From Centroscyllium fabricii (lineage: Eukaryota): a DNA stretch of 64,000 nucleotides. The translations under genes and the position numbers were made by a program. The notes below the pieces were generated by a model. It searched no databases. It saw only the letters and a list, made by a program, of their open reading frames with translations, and was not told where the DNA came from. The stretch spans positions 87,916,001-87,980,000 of the forward strand of contig JBNRSN020000013.1 in the NCBI GenBank assembly GCA_051313645.2, in the 5' to 3' direction. Shown piece by piece: positions 25,150-36,170 of the stretch (the stretch's first letter is position 1; the number at the start of each line of letters is the position of its first letter).

Positions 25150-25692
25150 GCCACAAACTTTGTAACCCGGCGCCTCCGGTGCGCAAAGGGTTAAACCCGA
25201 GCGCTTTTCTGTCGCTGAGCATCAAGGTGTCTGTCTGGTGGGGACAAAATGTCCAAATTTGCGGTTGTTTGTCTTGGGATTTTGCTGGCGTGTCATTGGA
25301 TACTGGTTGCTGGCTGCCTGTCCATTGGACGGCAGAGTTTGACAGACACGCAGACCTCACCCCTGCAGTAAAATACGGCAGAAGTTTGCATCAATCAGCC
25401 AGGGGGGAGATGACAGAGTGGAGGCAGAAAGTGGTCTAAATTCAATTACTGCTCTCACTCAGCCAGCAACATGCTAACTGGGACTGTGAGAGATGTAACC
25501 AGCTCTGGGCTTCTGTAGTCTGTGTGTGTCTGTGTGTGTCTGTGTGAAGCACTGAGCGTACAGCCATTATTTTGATTTTTTTTTAAGTTGGAAACTGCAA
25601 CTGTGCCCAGTGCCGGCTCTCAACTTCTCCAATTGGTGTCTTTGAAGGACGGTTTGGTGTTTGCTTGTTCTTGGACTTTCCTTGTTCGGGCG
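25150..25692 (+). promoter_or_regulatory. TBX15: Putative TBX15 core promoter and 5' UTR
   Basis: Two inverted CCAAT boxes (ATTGG 25295, 25324), TGACAG at 25340 and 25411, ATCAATCA at 25390, (TG/TC)n at 25519-25546, directly upstream of the ATG. TSS unknown. Confidence 0.55.
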
Positions 25693-25894
25693 ATGAGTGA
25701 GAGGAGGAGATCTGCAGCTGCCCTTAGTTCGAGGGCTCACGCCTTCTCCGTGGAAGCACTGATCGGGACAAATAAAAAGAGGAAAATCCAGGAATGGGGC
25801 GAGAAGACCATGGAACTGAGTGTGGACAGTATGAGCCCGGACCCGGAGCTTGCAGACAACGTGGACTCAAGCCAGTGTATGGAGATCAACTCCG
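25693..25894 (+). CDS. TBX15: T-box transcription factor TBX15, coding exon 1 (202 nt, phase-1 end)
   Basis: MSERRRSAAALSSRAHAFSVEALIGTNKKRK.. closely matches the human TBX15 N-terminus (eh1 motif FSVEALI, NLS KKRK); GTTAGT donor at 25895; lies downstream of WARS2 as in human. Confidence 0.96.
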
Positions 25895-26945
25895 GTTAGT
25901 GTTGAACAAAAACCACTCGCTTTCCTCCAGCCCACCTTCCTGACCTCAGCTACACTCTACACATGACAAGTGTGGCGGGAGATCATTTCTCTGACACAAT
26001 CATCCCTCTGAAGTTTACTTTAAAAACGAAACCTCCCTTTTATTTTCCCGAACTAGTTTTGCAAATTGCCCCCTCCAGTTTTCAGGGACACATGCTATTC
26101 ACGGTGGGAGAACCAAACCCCGTTTTGTTCTCCATTTGGAAAAAAAAGGAAATATCCAGTTATTTTAAAAAACAAACTCTTCCGTCATTTTCTGCTTTCA
26201 AACTTTAGGATCTGGCGCTGTGCACGTGTTGCCCGCTTTCACTCTGAATAAGCGGCCGGGCTGCCGTTTTGTGGAGTGTTTCTGGAGCGGGCCACTATTG
26301 GGTCTGTAAGGTTTGCTGTTTAGTCTTTTCCGCTTTATTGGGTCGGGCGTTGTGTGGCTAAGTTTTTTTTCCAATCAGGAAGTTGAGATCTTAAACTCGC
26401 AATAAGAGGTGGCCCCATTTCCCCCGTGCTCTGAATTAGTGTGACCATTGGTTAAGTTGCGCATTTCTGTTGGGCGCTGTGAGCACAGAACCCGCTGTTT
26501 GACAGATTATGCAGCGAGTCAGGAGTCAGAACTGGCGGCTGTGTCTTCTGTTGCTGTTACTCGGTGTGGACGAATCCAACTATTCTTTTCCTGCCCAGCT
26601 TCAATCATTAACATAAACAGTGTAACGGCCCGAATGTCGCTGTTTTACACCACACACACCGCGCAATTCATTCCCAATCCTGGGTGCACATCTTGTTCTG
26701 TTATGGAATGGTCCCCAATCCAGCGCCAGACTGCCAAAGCGGTTCAACTTCTATCCCCATCGGAATCCACCGTGATAGGCGTGCACCAGCTCCAACAAGA
26801 TTAAAACTGACCTTTATTTTAGAGAATGCTATAAAGTTAGCAGTTCGATTTGATTCTATTTGTTGTGTTTTGCTTACATCCTGCAAAATGTATTTATATT
26901 TTATTATTAAGGATCTCTGCAGTTCTCCAGTAACTGAAAAGGATT

Positions 26946-27118
26946 ATGATGTGGCGGTGCCGGTGTTGGACTGGGGTGGACAAATGCAAGAAGTCACACA
27001 ACACCAGGTTATAGTCCAACCGCTTTATTTCACCTGAGGAAGGAGTAGCGCTCCGAAAGCTTGTGATTTCAAATAAAACTGTTGGACTATAACCTGGGGT
27101 TGTGTGACTTCTTGCAAT
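26946..27118 (-). mobile_element. Penelope-like fold-back insertion (family B) with an intact + strand hammerhead motif
   Basis: 11-bp TSD TGAAAAGGATT at 26935-26945 and 27119-27129; TCAC-CTGAGGA-A-GGAGT-AGC-GCTCC-GAAAGCTT-GTGA at 27030-27066 between inverted arms. Confidence 0.88.
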
Positions 27119-27729
27119 TGAAAAGGATTGTAACATGTTCCCTGTATAATTACTTTCTATTTAGGAGAATTATAGTTACAAAAACCTTGCCACTCTTATT
27201 TCGTGTAATGTAAGCCTGTTAAAGATGTGTCTGCCCCGGAGTGAGGTCGCTGACTGCACACCTTTCATTCGCTGTCAAACACCGGGTCAGTTTTAGCGCT
27301 TCCGTTCCACCGCCAGGAACATTTCACAATTATCCAGAAAAAAGGGGTTGGCTCCCCTACAATCCGAGCGTTAGAAACGGGCCGACATTAGAAAGATGTA
27401 GGATTTGAATAAAAAATAAACACGTTTTATAATAAGGCATACGGTTCCAATTGTATTGGTGGCAGGCGTGCACGTGAAGTGATATTATTCCAGCTCCTTC
27501 ACTCGTTCCGATTTCCCACTGATAATTGTATTGTAAATGTGAATTCCATCTGCAGAAACGGGTCCGCTTCGGTTTCTTTCTACAATTGCATTTGGTGATT
27601 TGCAGGCAACAAGCCCGTTACTAAATAAGGATGTTTCTCTCAGCTCTTGCGAAACGCTGGGCCGCCCTCCTTTTGTAGGGAGACAATGGGAAGTTAGGCT
27701 GAAGAGGGAATGAGTGTTCACAGATAGTT

Positions 27730-27912
27730 AGACAGGCAACATCCGTGGAGAGAAAGCCGACGTTTTGGGTTCGGACCCTTTGTCCAGACTTGTCAGTCTG
27801 AACCCGAAACGTCGACTCTATATTTCTCTCCACGGTTGTTGCCTGGCCTGTTGAGTTTTTCCAGCGTTTTCTGTTATTATTTCGGATTTGCAGCACCTGC
27901 AGTATTTTGCTG
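27730..27912 (+). mobile_element. Penelope-like fold-back insertion (family A)
   Basis: 16-bp TSD GTGTTCACAGA(T/G)AGTT at 27714-27729 and 27913-27928; same central junction as 19946-20167. Confidence 0.85.
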
Positions 27913-29199
27913 GTGTTCACAGAGAGTTTGTGGTGAGCAGGGTGAAGCTCCTCGCCAGTGAGCGGGTCAATGTCAGAGCCAGCGGCCGCTCCGGCCCTGG
28001 CCAAGTTGCGGTGGACCCTTGGAGATTTGCTCTGGGCTGCTCTTCAAAGAGGAAAGAAATCGGGCGCCACTATTTTTATTTATTGATATAATATGCAAAC
28101 AAACCAAACACTGCCACCAACAAGCGATAGTTTTAAAAGACAAATAGGCCAGGGTCCCGCTGCCAGCACCAACAGGTTGGGTTCGCAGCGCTGTCCGCTC
28201 TGGTTCAGAAATCTCCAACACGCCCGCATTTGGTCAGCTCTTCAGTTCAACCTTGGTATGAACGGGTTTTTCTTTATCAAAGAAATGTTGAAATTTCCAT
28301 GGACTTTGTTGCCAATCCCCTGGCTAATCCGTTATTGAGGGGAATACAATCCGTGCTTTTGACAACCGCTCGTTCTTCTGTCCCAAACACCCGGAGCCCC
28401 AACTAGAAGTTTCCGCTTCAGAGTGTCCCAGAAAGTGGGCAGTGCTGGGGACAAAGATTATCTGAAATTAGAGGGTGAGGGGGGCAAAGTCAGCCTTTCA
28501 GTTCGAGGCCCTTCTGATAGCAGCATTGACTGTCAGGGGGAAGCCGCCAAACCTTTCTATTGCAGTCTGCAATATGTCTGAAAGATAGAGGCTTCTTATT
28601 GTTCGTCTACATTAACCACACTGTCCCTCCCGTAACTGCAAGGAGCAAATTGTAATTCGATCAAACGACTTCGGTCAATTTTCGAAATGTAATCCGCGGG
28701 AAACCAGACTGGAAACGGACTTTGCGAAAGAAACGCGCAGGAGCGAACCGCACGTTAACTCCGGCGATTTAACGCAAAACTGCTTCTTGTAAATGAAATC
28801 TCATTCATTCATCTCTCCTTGTGGACTGTTTGCTTTGTCTGTTCACTCCAGATACGTTTTTGGATTTTTTTAAATATAAGTTTTTAAAAACAGGATTATT
28901 TTTTTTTTTTTTTAAACTGGCGTGGTTGGTCACTTGTTTATCTCGAGTGATTCTGGGACATTGACTGGATTCGGAAAAGGACCGGTTTTGTCCCCTGTTC
29001 ACAGTATCTATGCCCTTCGCTGGGCTACCTTCCCTTGCAAGAAGCCAACAGTTGATCCCAAGCTGGAAGAGTGATTTATCTGTAACTCCAGGGCTGTGCA
29101 GGAGAGGCGGAGATCTCGCGGCTTCTTCAAGGTCGGCTAATAACAAAAAAGGATAAAAAGACAGAGGGGTCAGAACCTGCAAAAAGTCTTTGCGAAGGC

Positions 29200-32100
29200 C
29201 TTTTAAAAAGCACTTTAGAACAAGCAGTTCGACCCGATATTCTAGAAGGGACGGCGTTGAATACTTTAGTTGACAAAGTATTCGAATTTCGGTTCAGCAA
29301 TTTAGTTCGGACTGCTTCGGAATTTCTGTTTAATGCTTTGTTAGATTGCTCCATATCTCTAAAGGCCAGTCTCCTTTTATACTTCAGTAGTATCGGAATT
29401 TAGATTTTAACGACACAATTTCTTACTTTAGCAGACACAGTTGTTTGAATTTCTGTGTAATATTTTAGTAGAAGCAATGCGGACCTAATCTGCTCATATT
29501 TGGATCACACTTTAGCAGCGCCGGTGTGTAACCCTAGTGTGGTGCATTAGGTTTCAATATTTGGGAACAGGCATTCTTGAACTTTGGATGACAATCTCTC
29601 GAAGAGGTAATGTTGTAAGCATCGGCAGAATAATTGAGAAGAAAACAATTGCGTAATTTCAGAGTGATATTTTTTTAGAATAACAAGTTTGCCATTTGAG
29701 AAAAGTACTTCAGTCGAAGTGTTGGTGTAATTCCTGTAGTTGGTGTAGTTTATCATTTCTGCGTGGTAATTTGGAAGCGATGTTGTTGTAATTAGTCAAT
29801 TATTTTCGAAGTGTTGCAATTTTAGTGCAATATCTTTAAAGAAACAGGGTTGTGAATTAAGACAGGATCTTTTAGAAGCGGCAATGCTAGAATTTCAGGC
29901 TGATCCGGTCAAGAGGTAGGTCGTATTTTCCGTGTAATAGCTTCGAAGTGGCAGATACTGAGTTAGAGCTGGTGCTGCAATTTGAATGAAGTACTTCAGA
30001 AGGCGAAGTGTTGTTTTTTTGTCTGTGATATTTTCGAAGAGACAGTGTTGCACCATCAGCGTAGTTCTGTAGAGAAGTCATTGCTATAACTTGGCTGCAG
30101 TGCTTCAGATGTGGCAGTGATGCAATTTCAGTGTAATATTTAAAATTGCCATTATTATACTCATTAGAGTGGGATTTTAGCAGAGATGATGGACTTTCAG
30201 TGTAATATTTTAGAGAATGCAGTGCTATAATTTGACACTAGTACTTTAGAAGAAGAAGATTTGTCATTTCAGTGTAATAATTTAGAAACAAGTGCTGCAA
30301 TTTCAGTGGCCTGCCTTACAGGAGGCAGTGATGTAATTCGGGTGAAGTTCCTTACAAGATGCAGAGTTGTAATTTCTATATAATATATTAGAGAATGCAG
30401 TGCCCTAATATCTATTTAATATTTTGGAGCAGCGTTGTAATTTTGGGTGCAATACTTTAGAAGATTTGCAATTTCACTGCAATATCAGAGAGGTGAAAGT
30501 GTTGTCAATTCAAGGTGACATTAGGAGAAACAGTGATGCAATTCTATTGTAATTTATTTGAAAAGGCAGTATTGTAATTACAATGTAATATTTTGGAAGA
30601 GGCAGCATTGCAATTTGTTCAATAGTTTAGAAGAGACAGTTTTATCATCTCCATGTAATATATTAAAAGTGGCTGTGTTGTAATTTGAGTTAAATGTTTT
30701 GGATGGGGCCGTATTGTAAATTGAATGTAATATGCTAGAGGAGGAACAGCTGGCATTTCAGTGTGGTATGTTGGAGTAGGCAATGTTTTAATTTCACTGC
30801 AATATTTTAGAAAGGACTGTATTGGACTTTTAGTGTAATAATCTAGAAGAGGCATTATTGTAATTTCAGTTACTAATGTAGAAATGGATCTGTTACAATT
30901 CTGTAAAACATATGTAAAATCTTTCTTTTTTACAAGAGGCTAAGAAGAATGAGAGGTGATCTTATTGAAACATATAAGATTCTGAGGGGGCTCGACAAGG
31001 TTGATGCAGAAAAGATGGTTCCCCTCGTGGGGAAATCTAGAATGCGAGGCATAGTTTCAGAATAAAGGGTCGCCCTTTTAGAACTGAGATGAGGAGGAAT
31101 TTCTTCTCTCAGGGGGTTCCAAGTCTGTGGAATTCTCTGTCCCAGAGAGCCGTGGAGGCTGGGTCATTAAATACATTTAAGGTGGAGATAGACAGATTTT
31201 TGCAAGATAAGGGAGTGAAGGGTTATGGGGAGCGGGCGGGGAAGTGGCTTTGAGCCCGAGATCAGCCATGATCTTATTGAATGGTGGAGTAGGCTCGAGG
31301 GCCAAGTGGCCTATTCCTGCTCCTATTTCTTATGTTCTTATATTCAATGTAATTTGTTAAAAGTGTTGGAATTTTATTGTCATATTTTGGAGCAGGTAGT
31401 ATTTTAATTGGGTGAAGCACTTTTGAAGAGTCAATGTTTCAATGTCAGTGTGATAATTAACCAATGACAGTGTTGTAGTGTCAGTGCAGCATTTTAGAAA
31501 AGGTTGTATGGGGCAGGTGGGTTCCAGAAATGTGGAGAACACCAGTGAGCGCAACTCCTGTAATTGAAGCCCATGGATTTTTGGAGCCAGAAACTTTCTC
31601 TCTCTCCCGTCTTTCTCCCTCAGTTTAATACAGTTTCTGAAGTTAATGGAAAACACAAAACAAAACGACAACAGGTGTGTAATCAGAATGTTATTATTTT
31701 CCCTCTCTCACATTATCTCTCTCTCTCTCTTTCTCTCTTTCACACACACAGCTTCTCTTTTTGGAGAAGATATACTCAATATAAATTTTACCTCAATAAA
31801 GGCTTTTCAAAAATATCTTCTTGGTTTTCAAAATTATTTGCAGAAAAACTATTGAGTAGTTAGTGTTAGAATATGAAGAAACATATTCCAAAAGTACAGC
31901 TGACTGGTGCTAATGCTGCCTGGGGATTTAGACATGCATGCTGAGACTGCAGAACCCAAATTCAGCTCACAGAGTCATTGGTAAATTGTGTCAAAACCCA
32001 GGCTATTGGGAGAGCATTTTCTTCAAGTAAAAGACTTTGATTCAGGCATTAAAATACACAAAAGACAACTCCGTGGATAATTTTAATGATTTTGTAATTT

Positions 32101-32790
32101 TTAAACAAATGTTTACATTTTTATTTAAACTTTACTTTGGACATTAGAAATTTCAGTTACTGAGGCAAAAAAGATAGACGAAAAAATCGTAAAGCGTTTT
32201 GATCAATTTTATGTGTAACTAATTGTGCAATCAGATGGTGATATCTATTGTTACTATAAAATAGCAGCTATTGTGCAGCGTGATGTTACACCTTTAACAT
32301 TGAAAAGGCAAATCAGAGGACAACCTAACACATACTGCAGGAGTTTTCAATGAAATGTGCATGCCATACACTGAACTTAATATAGATATTAAATGTTATG
32401 GTATTGAAATTTAATTCTAACATTCAGGAAGGGACAGAGTTGCAATTTTAGTGTAACATTTAAACAGCAGTGTTGTAATTAAGTGAATTATCAATATAAT
32501 ATTTTTGAGCAGGCATTTTTGTACTTTTTTAGAGCATAATATATTAGAGATGACAGTATCACAGTTTTGGTGTAATATTTTTGAAGTGTTGTAAATTCAG
32601 TGTGATGCTTTAGTGGTGGAAGCCTTGTAATTCCATTACAATATTTTGGTAAAAGGAGTGTTTTTATTTGGTAAAGTACCTAAGCAAAGGCTTTGCTGTA
32701 ATTTTAGTGTAATATTTTGGGATATGCATTGTTGTAATTTTGTCACTATTTTACAAAAGAGTATTGCAATTTCAGTGCAATACTTTAGGA
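29200..32790. repeat. Ancient degenerate 36-bp tandem array (blocks ~29200-30905, ~31345-31510, ~32390-32790)
   Basis: Consensus ~GAGGCAGTGTTGTAATTTCAGTGTAATATTTTAGAA; GGCAGT-like anchors at 30565, 30601, 30635, 30671, 30707, 30779, 30815, 30851. Confidence 0.8.
30935..31340 (+). mobile_element. CR1 3' fragment interrupting the 36-bp array
   Basis: AGAAGAATGAGAGGTGATCTTATTGAAAC through to the CTTATGTTCTTA tail. Confidence 0.9.
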
Positions 32791-34520
32791 ACATAGGAAA
32801 GTACAAAGCCATCCTACCATCCAAAAAACTAATACCTGTCAATTTTCCACTTCTTCTATTATCTATCTGATTCTTCCTTCAATTTTTCCACACTATCTGT
32901 CTCACTACCTCCCCGAGCAATGTGCTTGACATGTTCACCACCCTCTGTGTGGTTGCATTTAAATTGTACATCTTCCCTTTTCTAAGCAAGAACTCATATC
33001 CTTGGTTCTAGAGTGAAAATTGTGAACTATATGTCACATTCAATTTATCTATAGCCTTTAGAATTTTAAATACTTGAATAATATTTCCCCTGAGCCTTCT
33101 ATAGTATACAATTCAGGCTCTTCATCCCTCAGATTCCTTAAGTTAGGTATTAGTTTGGTATCCCTTTTCTCCACTACCTCCAATGTTTGCTGTAGTAGAG
33201 TGACCAGAATTACACAGTGTGTCAAAAGAAAGAAATAATTTACGTTTATATAGCATCTTTCATGAGCTCAGGATGTCCCACAATGCTTCCAGTCATGAAG
33301 TACATTTGAAGTGTAGTCACTGTTGTAATGTAGCAAATGCGGCAGCCAATTTGTGCACAGCAAGCTCCCACAAACAGCAATGAGCTAATGACCAGATAAT
33401 CTGTTTTTAGATGTTGTTTGAGGGATAAATGTTAGCCAGGACACAGGGGAGATTTCCCCATCTCTGCTATTGGATCTTTTATGTCCATCTGAGAGGGAAG
33501 ACATGGCCTCAGTTTAATGTAACATCCGAAAGACGGCACCTCCAACAGTGCAGCACGTCCTCAGTACTGGAGTATCAACTTTGATTATGTGCTCAAGTCT
33601 CTGGAGTGGGTCTTGAACCCACAACCATCTGACGCAAGGTGTTACCAAATGAGACATGGCTTACGCAGACATATTGTCACCTTTTGCAGACATTGTTACT
33701 TCTGAGATTTGCGCTCTATCCCTCTCCTATATATCTCAAGATCCGGTTAATTTTCCCGACTGCTTCCATGCACTGTGCTGTTGGTTTCAATTCATTTCCA
33801 CCAATACTCCTAGATTGACTCCTGTGTTGTGTCCTGCAGCCTAGACCCATTTCGTTTATTGTATAATTCCCTTCCCTAGAATCATTACCGCGCATTTGTC
33901 CATGATGAATGGTATTATCCACTAATCGTGCCAGCTTTCAAAACTACCCAGATAGTTTTGTATTTGGTCTGCTTATTCTGTATTGTTTGAATGCCCATCT
34001 TCCCCCCTCACCACCCCCTTCATGGTATCATCTGAAAACTCAAACAGCTTTACTTCTGTCCCCAAATCCAAATCGTATATATACACTGGAAACAGCATTA
34101 GCTTCAGCACTTATCCCTGTGGCACCCTACTAGTGATCCCTTGCCACGTTGACACAACTCTATCCAGAACAACCCCTCCCCCCCACTTTGCTTTTGCTGA
34201 GTTTGCCAAATTCCAATCATCTCAGTAGCTTTTCTCCTACTCCATGCCTTCCGGCCCTGTGGACGAATCATTAGTGTGGTGCAAGTTTCCAAAACTTTCC
34301 TGAAATCTGAACATATTACTCCACACAATTTCTGTTGTCATTTCCCCAGAGAACTCCACTAAATTTTGCCAGACCTTCCATCACATAAATCCACGCTCAC
34401 TCTCACTTACCATGTCATCCCTATCTACATGTTTCATTACCCTCTCTTTCAGGATGCCTTCTAACACTTTACCCAGAACTGATGTTAGTCTCACGAGCCT
34501 GTAGTTTCCTGAGTCATCCT
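32790..34520 (-). mobile_element. Old CR1 fragments split by a SacSINE1-like Deu-SINE (33225-33660, -)
   Basis: Reverse-strand remnants CSDFRKV and AVGKINRILRYI; SINE with TTTATATAGC..GCAGCCAATTTGTGCACAGCAAGCTCCCACAAACAGCAATG. Confidence 0.7.
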
Positions 34521-35129
34521 TGTGACAAAAGTTATGTATTTTTTTCTACAACTTAGCTTGGTATAATCTTCTTTAATTCTGTCAGTGCATAAGGGATTAA
34601 AAACCAGCTTCACTCATAGAAACGTGTTCCAGCTCATTTTTGATACATTTGTTGCAACATTTAGTCAGTAGTTTATCTAAAGACCAGTGCCCAGAAGAGG
34701 GGCCAAGTCCTTCAATTCAAAAAATATTTTTTGTGGTTTATTCAAATATACTTTTGAGCAGTTAGTTAAATTCTGTTAGGCTTCAATCTGAAGTTATTTA
34801 TCAGCTTGTCTTTTTGAAATGGATTAGTCTGCCTGGAGTCTCTGAAGAGAGTTTGGCTGGAGCTTTCAAAGAGAGTTAATGAGGACAGATAGCTTCTGCA
34901 ATTGATGAGGAAAAAAGAAAAAGAGATGCTATGTAAAAATCAAATACATAAATTAGTTTAACATATTAGCAGTAAACTATATATTATTTTCTATTACAAA
35001 AAGGAACTAGCTAAGCTTAACAACTACTATAGAAATATATATTGTGCTAATGCTACAATTTACTGTTCAATTACTATTTAATAAGTGTATTTGTCAGTTA
35101 AAGCCTGAAAAACAGGGAGGATGATTCAG

Positions 35130-35465
35130 GGAGGATGTTTCCCCTGGTAGGGAGTCTAGAACCAGTGGTCACAGTCTCGGAATAAGGGGTCGGACATTTA
35201 GGACTGAGATGAGGGGAAATTTCTTCACTCAGAAGGTGGTGACTATTTGGAATTCTCTACCCCAGAAGATTGTGGAGGCTCAGTCGTTGAGTATATTCAA
35301 GACAGAGATCGATAGATTTTTGGATATTAAGGGAATCAAGGGATATGGGGATAGTGCAGGAAAGTGGAATTGAGGTAGAAGATCAGCCATGATCTTATTG
35401 AATGGCAGCGGAGGCTCAAAGGGTCGAATGGCTGACTCCTGCTCCTATTTCTAATGTTCTTATGT
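35130..35465 (+). mobile_element. CR1 3' fragment
   Basis: GGATGTTTCCCCTGG..AATTTCTTCACTCAG..CTAATGTTCTTATG tail. Confidence 0.88.
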
Positions 35466-35770
35466 AACAGGTTGATAGTGTAGTGTTGTCTTGCCCCTTC
35501 CAAAGACAAGGAGAGTCCTTTGAATGCACAGGATAGAACCAATAGCTGAAATATTTTTTAAAAGCTTTTCTTATTTGTTATTCAGACTCCCTTCAAATTG
35601 TACCTAGATATCAAGGTAAACAAAAACACTCCCTGGAATATAGGGAGCTACAGCTCCCATATAAGAGTAGTCTGAAATATGAAACTAAAAATACCTAGAG
35701 TAAAAAGGTTACAAGAAACCCAAACATGTTACAGTCTCAATACATCTTTTAAAAATGTGTTTAACATTAG

Positions 35771-36170
35771 GGGCGGCACGGTGGCATAGTGGTTAGCACT
35801 GTTGCCTTACAGCACTAGAGACCTGGGTTCAAATCCAGCCTCGAGTACTATCTGTGTGGAGTTTGCACATTCTCCCCGTGTCTGCGTGGGTTTCCTCCGG
35901 GTGCTCCGGTTTCCTCCCACAGTCCAAAGATGTGCGGGTTAGGTTGATTGGCCAGGATAAATTGACCCTTAGTGTTAGGGGGATTGAATATGTGGGGTTA
36001 CGGGGATAGGGTGGGATATGTGTCGGTGCAGGCTCGATAGGGATCGAGGGATATGGGGACAAGGCAGGGACAGGGTATTGGGTTTGGATGATCAGCTATG
36101 ATCTCATTGAATGGCGGAGTAGGCTCGAAGGGCTGAATGGCCTACTCCTGTTCCTATCTTCTATGTTTCT
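35771..36170 (+). mobile_element. Full-length HE1-type V-SINE (tail type 2)
   Basis: tRNA head, V-domain, CR1 tail; ATTAG duplicated at 35766-35770 and 36171-36175. Confidence 0.93.

Larger units (their letters stand above)
17500..29500. promoter_or_regulatory. Broad CpG-retaining, TE-poor regulatory domain around the TBX15 5' end
   Basis: By eye, CG dinucleotides are much more frequent here, even in AT-rich stretches and embedded repeats, than at 5.7-9 kb or 56-63 kb; many TAAT clusters. Not computed. Confidence 0.7.

Noticed and set aside
25588-25692. 35-aa N-terminal extension of TBX15 from a TTG start
   Set aside because: No ATG, and homology to vertebrate TBX15 begins exactly at ATG 25693.
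29200-32790. 36-bp periodic array as a CRISPR array
   Set aside because: Units are contiguous and degenerate with no repeat-spacer alternation; vertebrate context with no cas genes.
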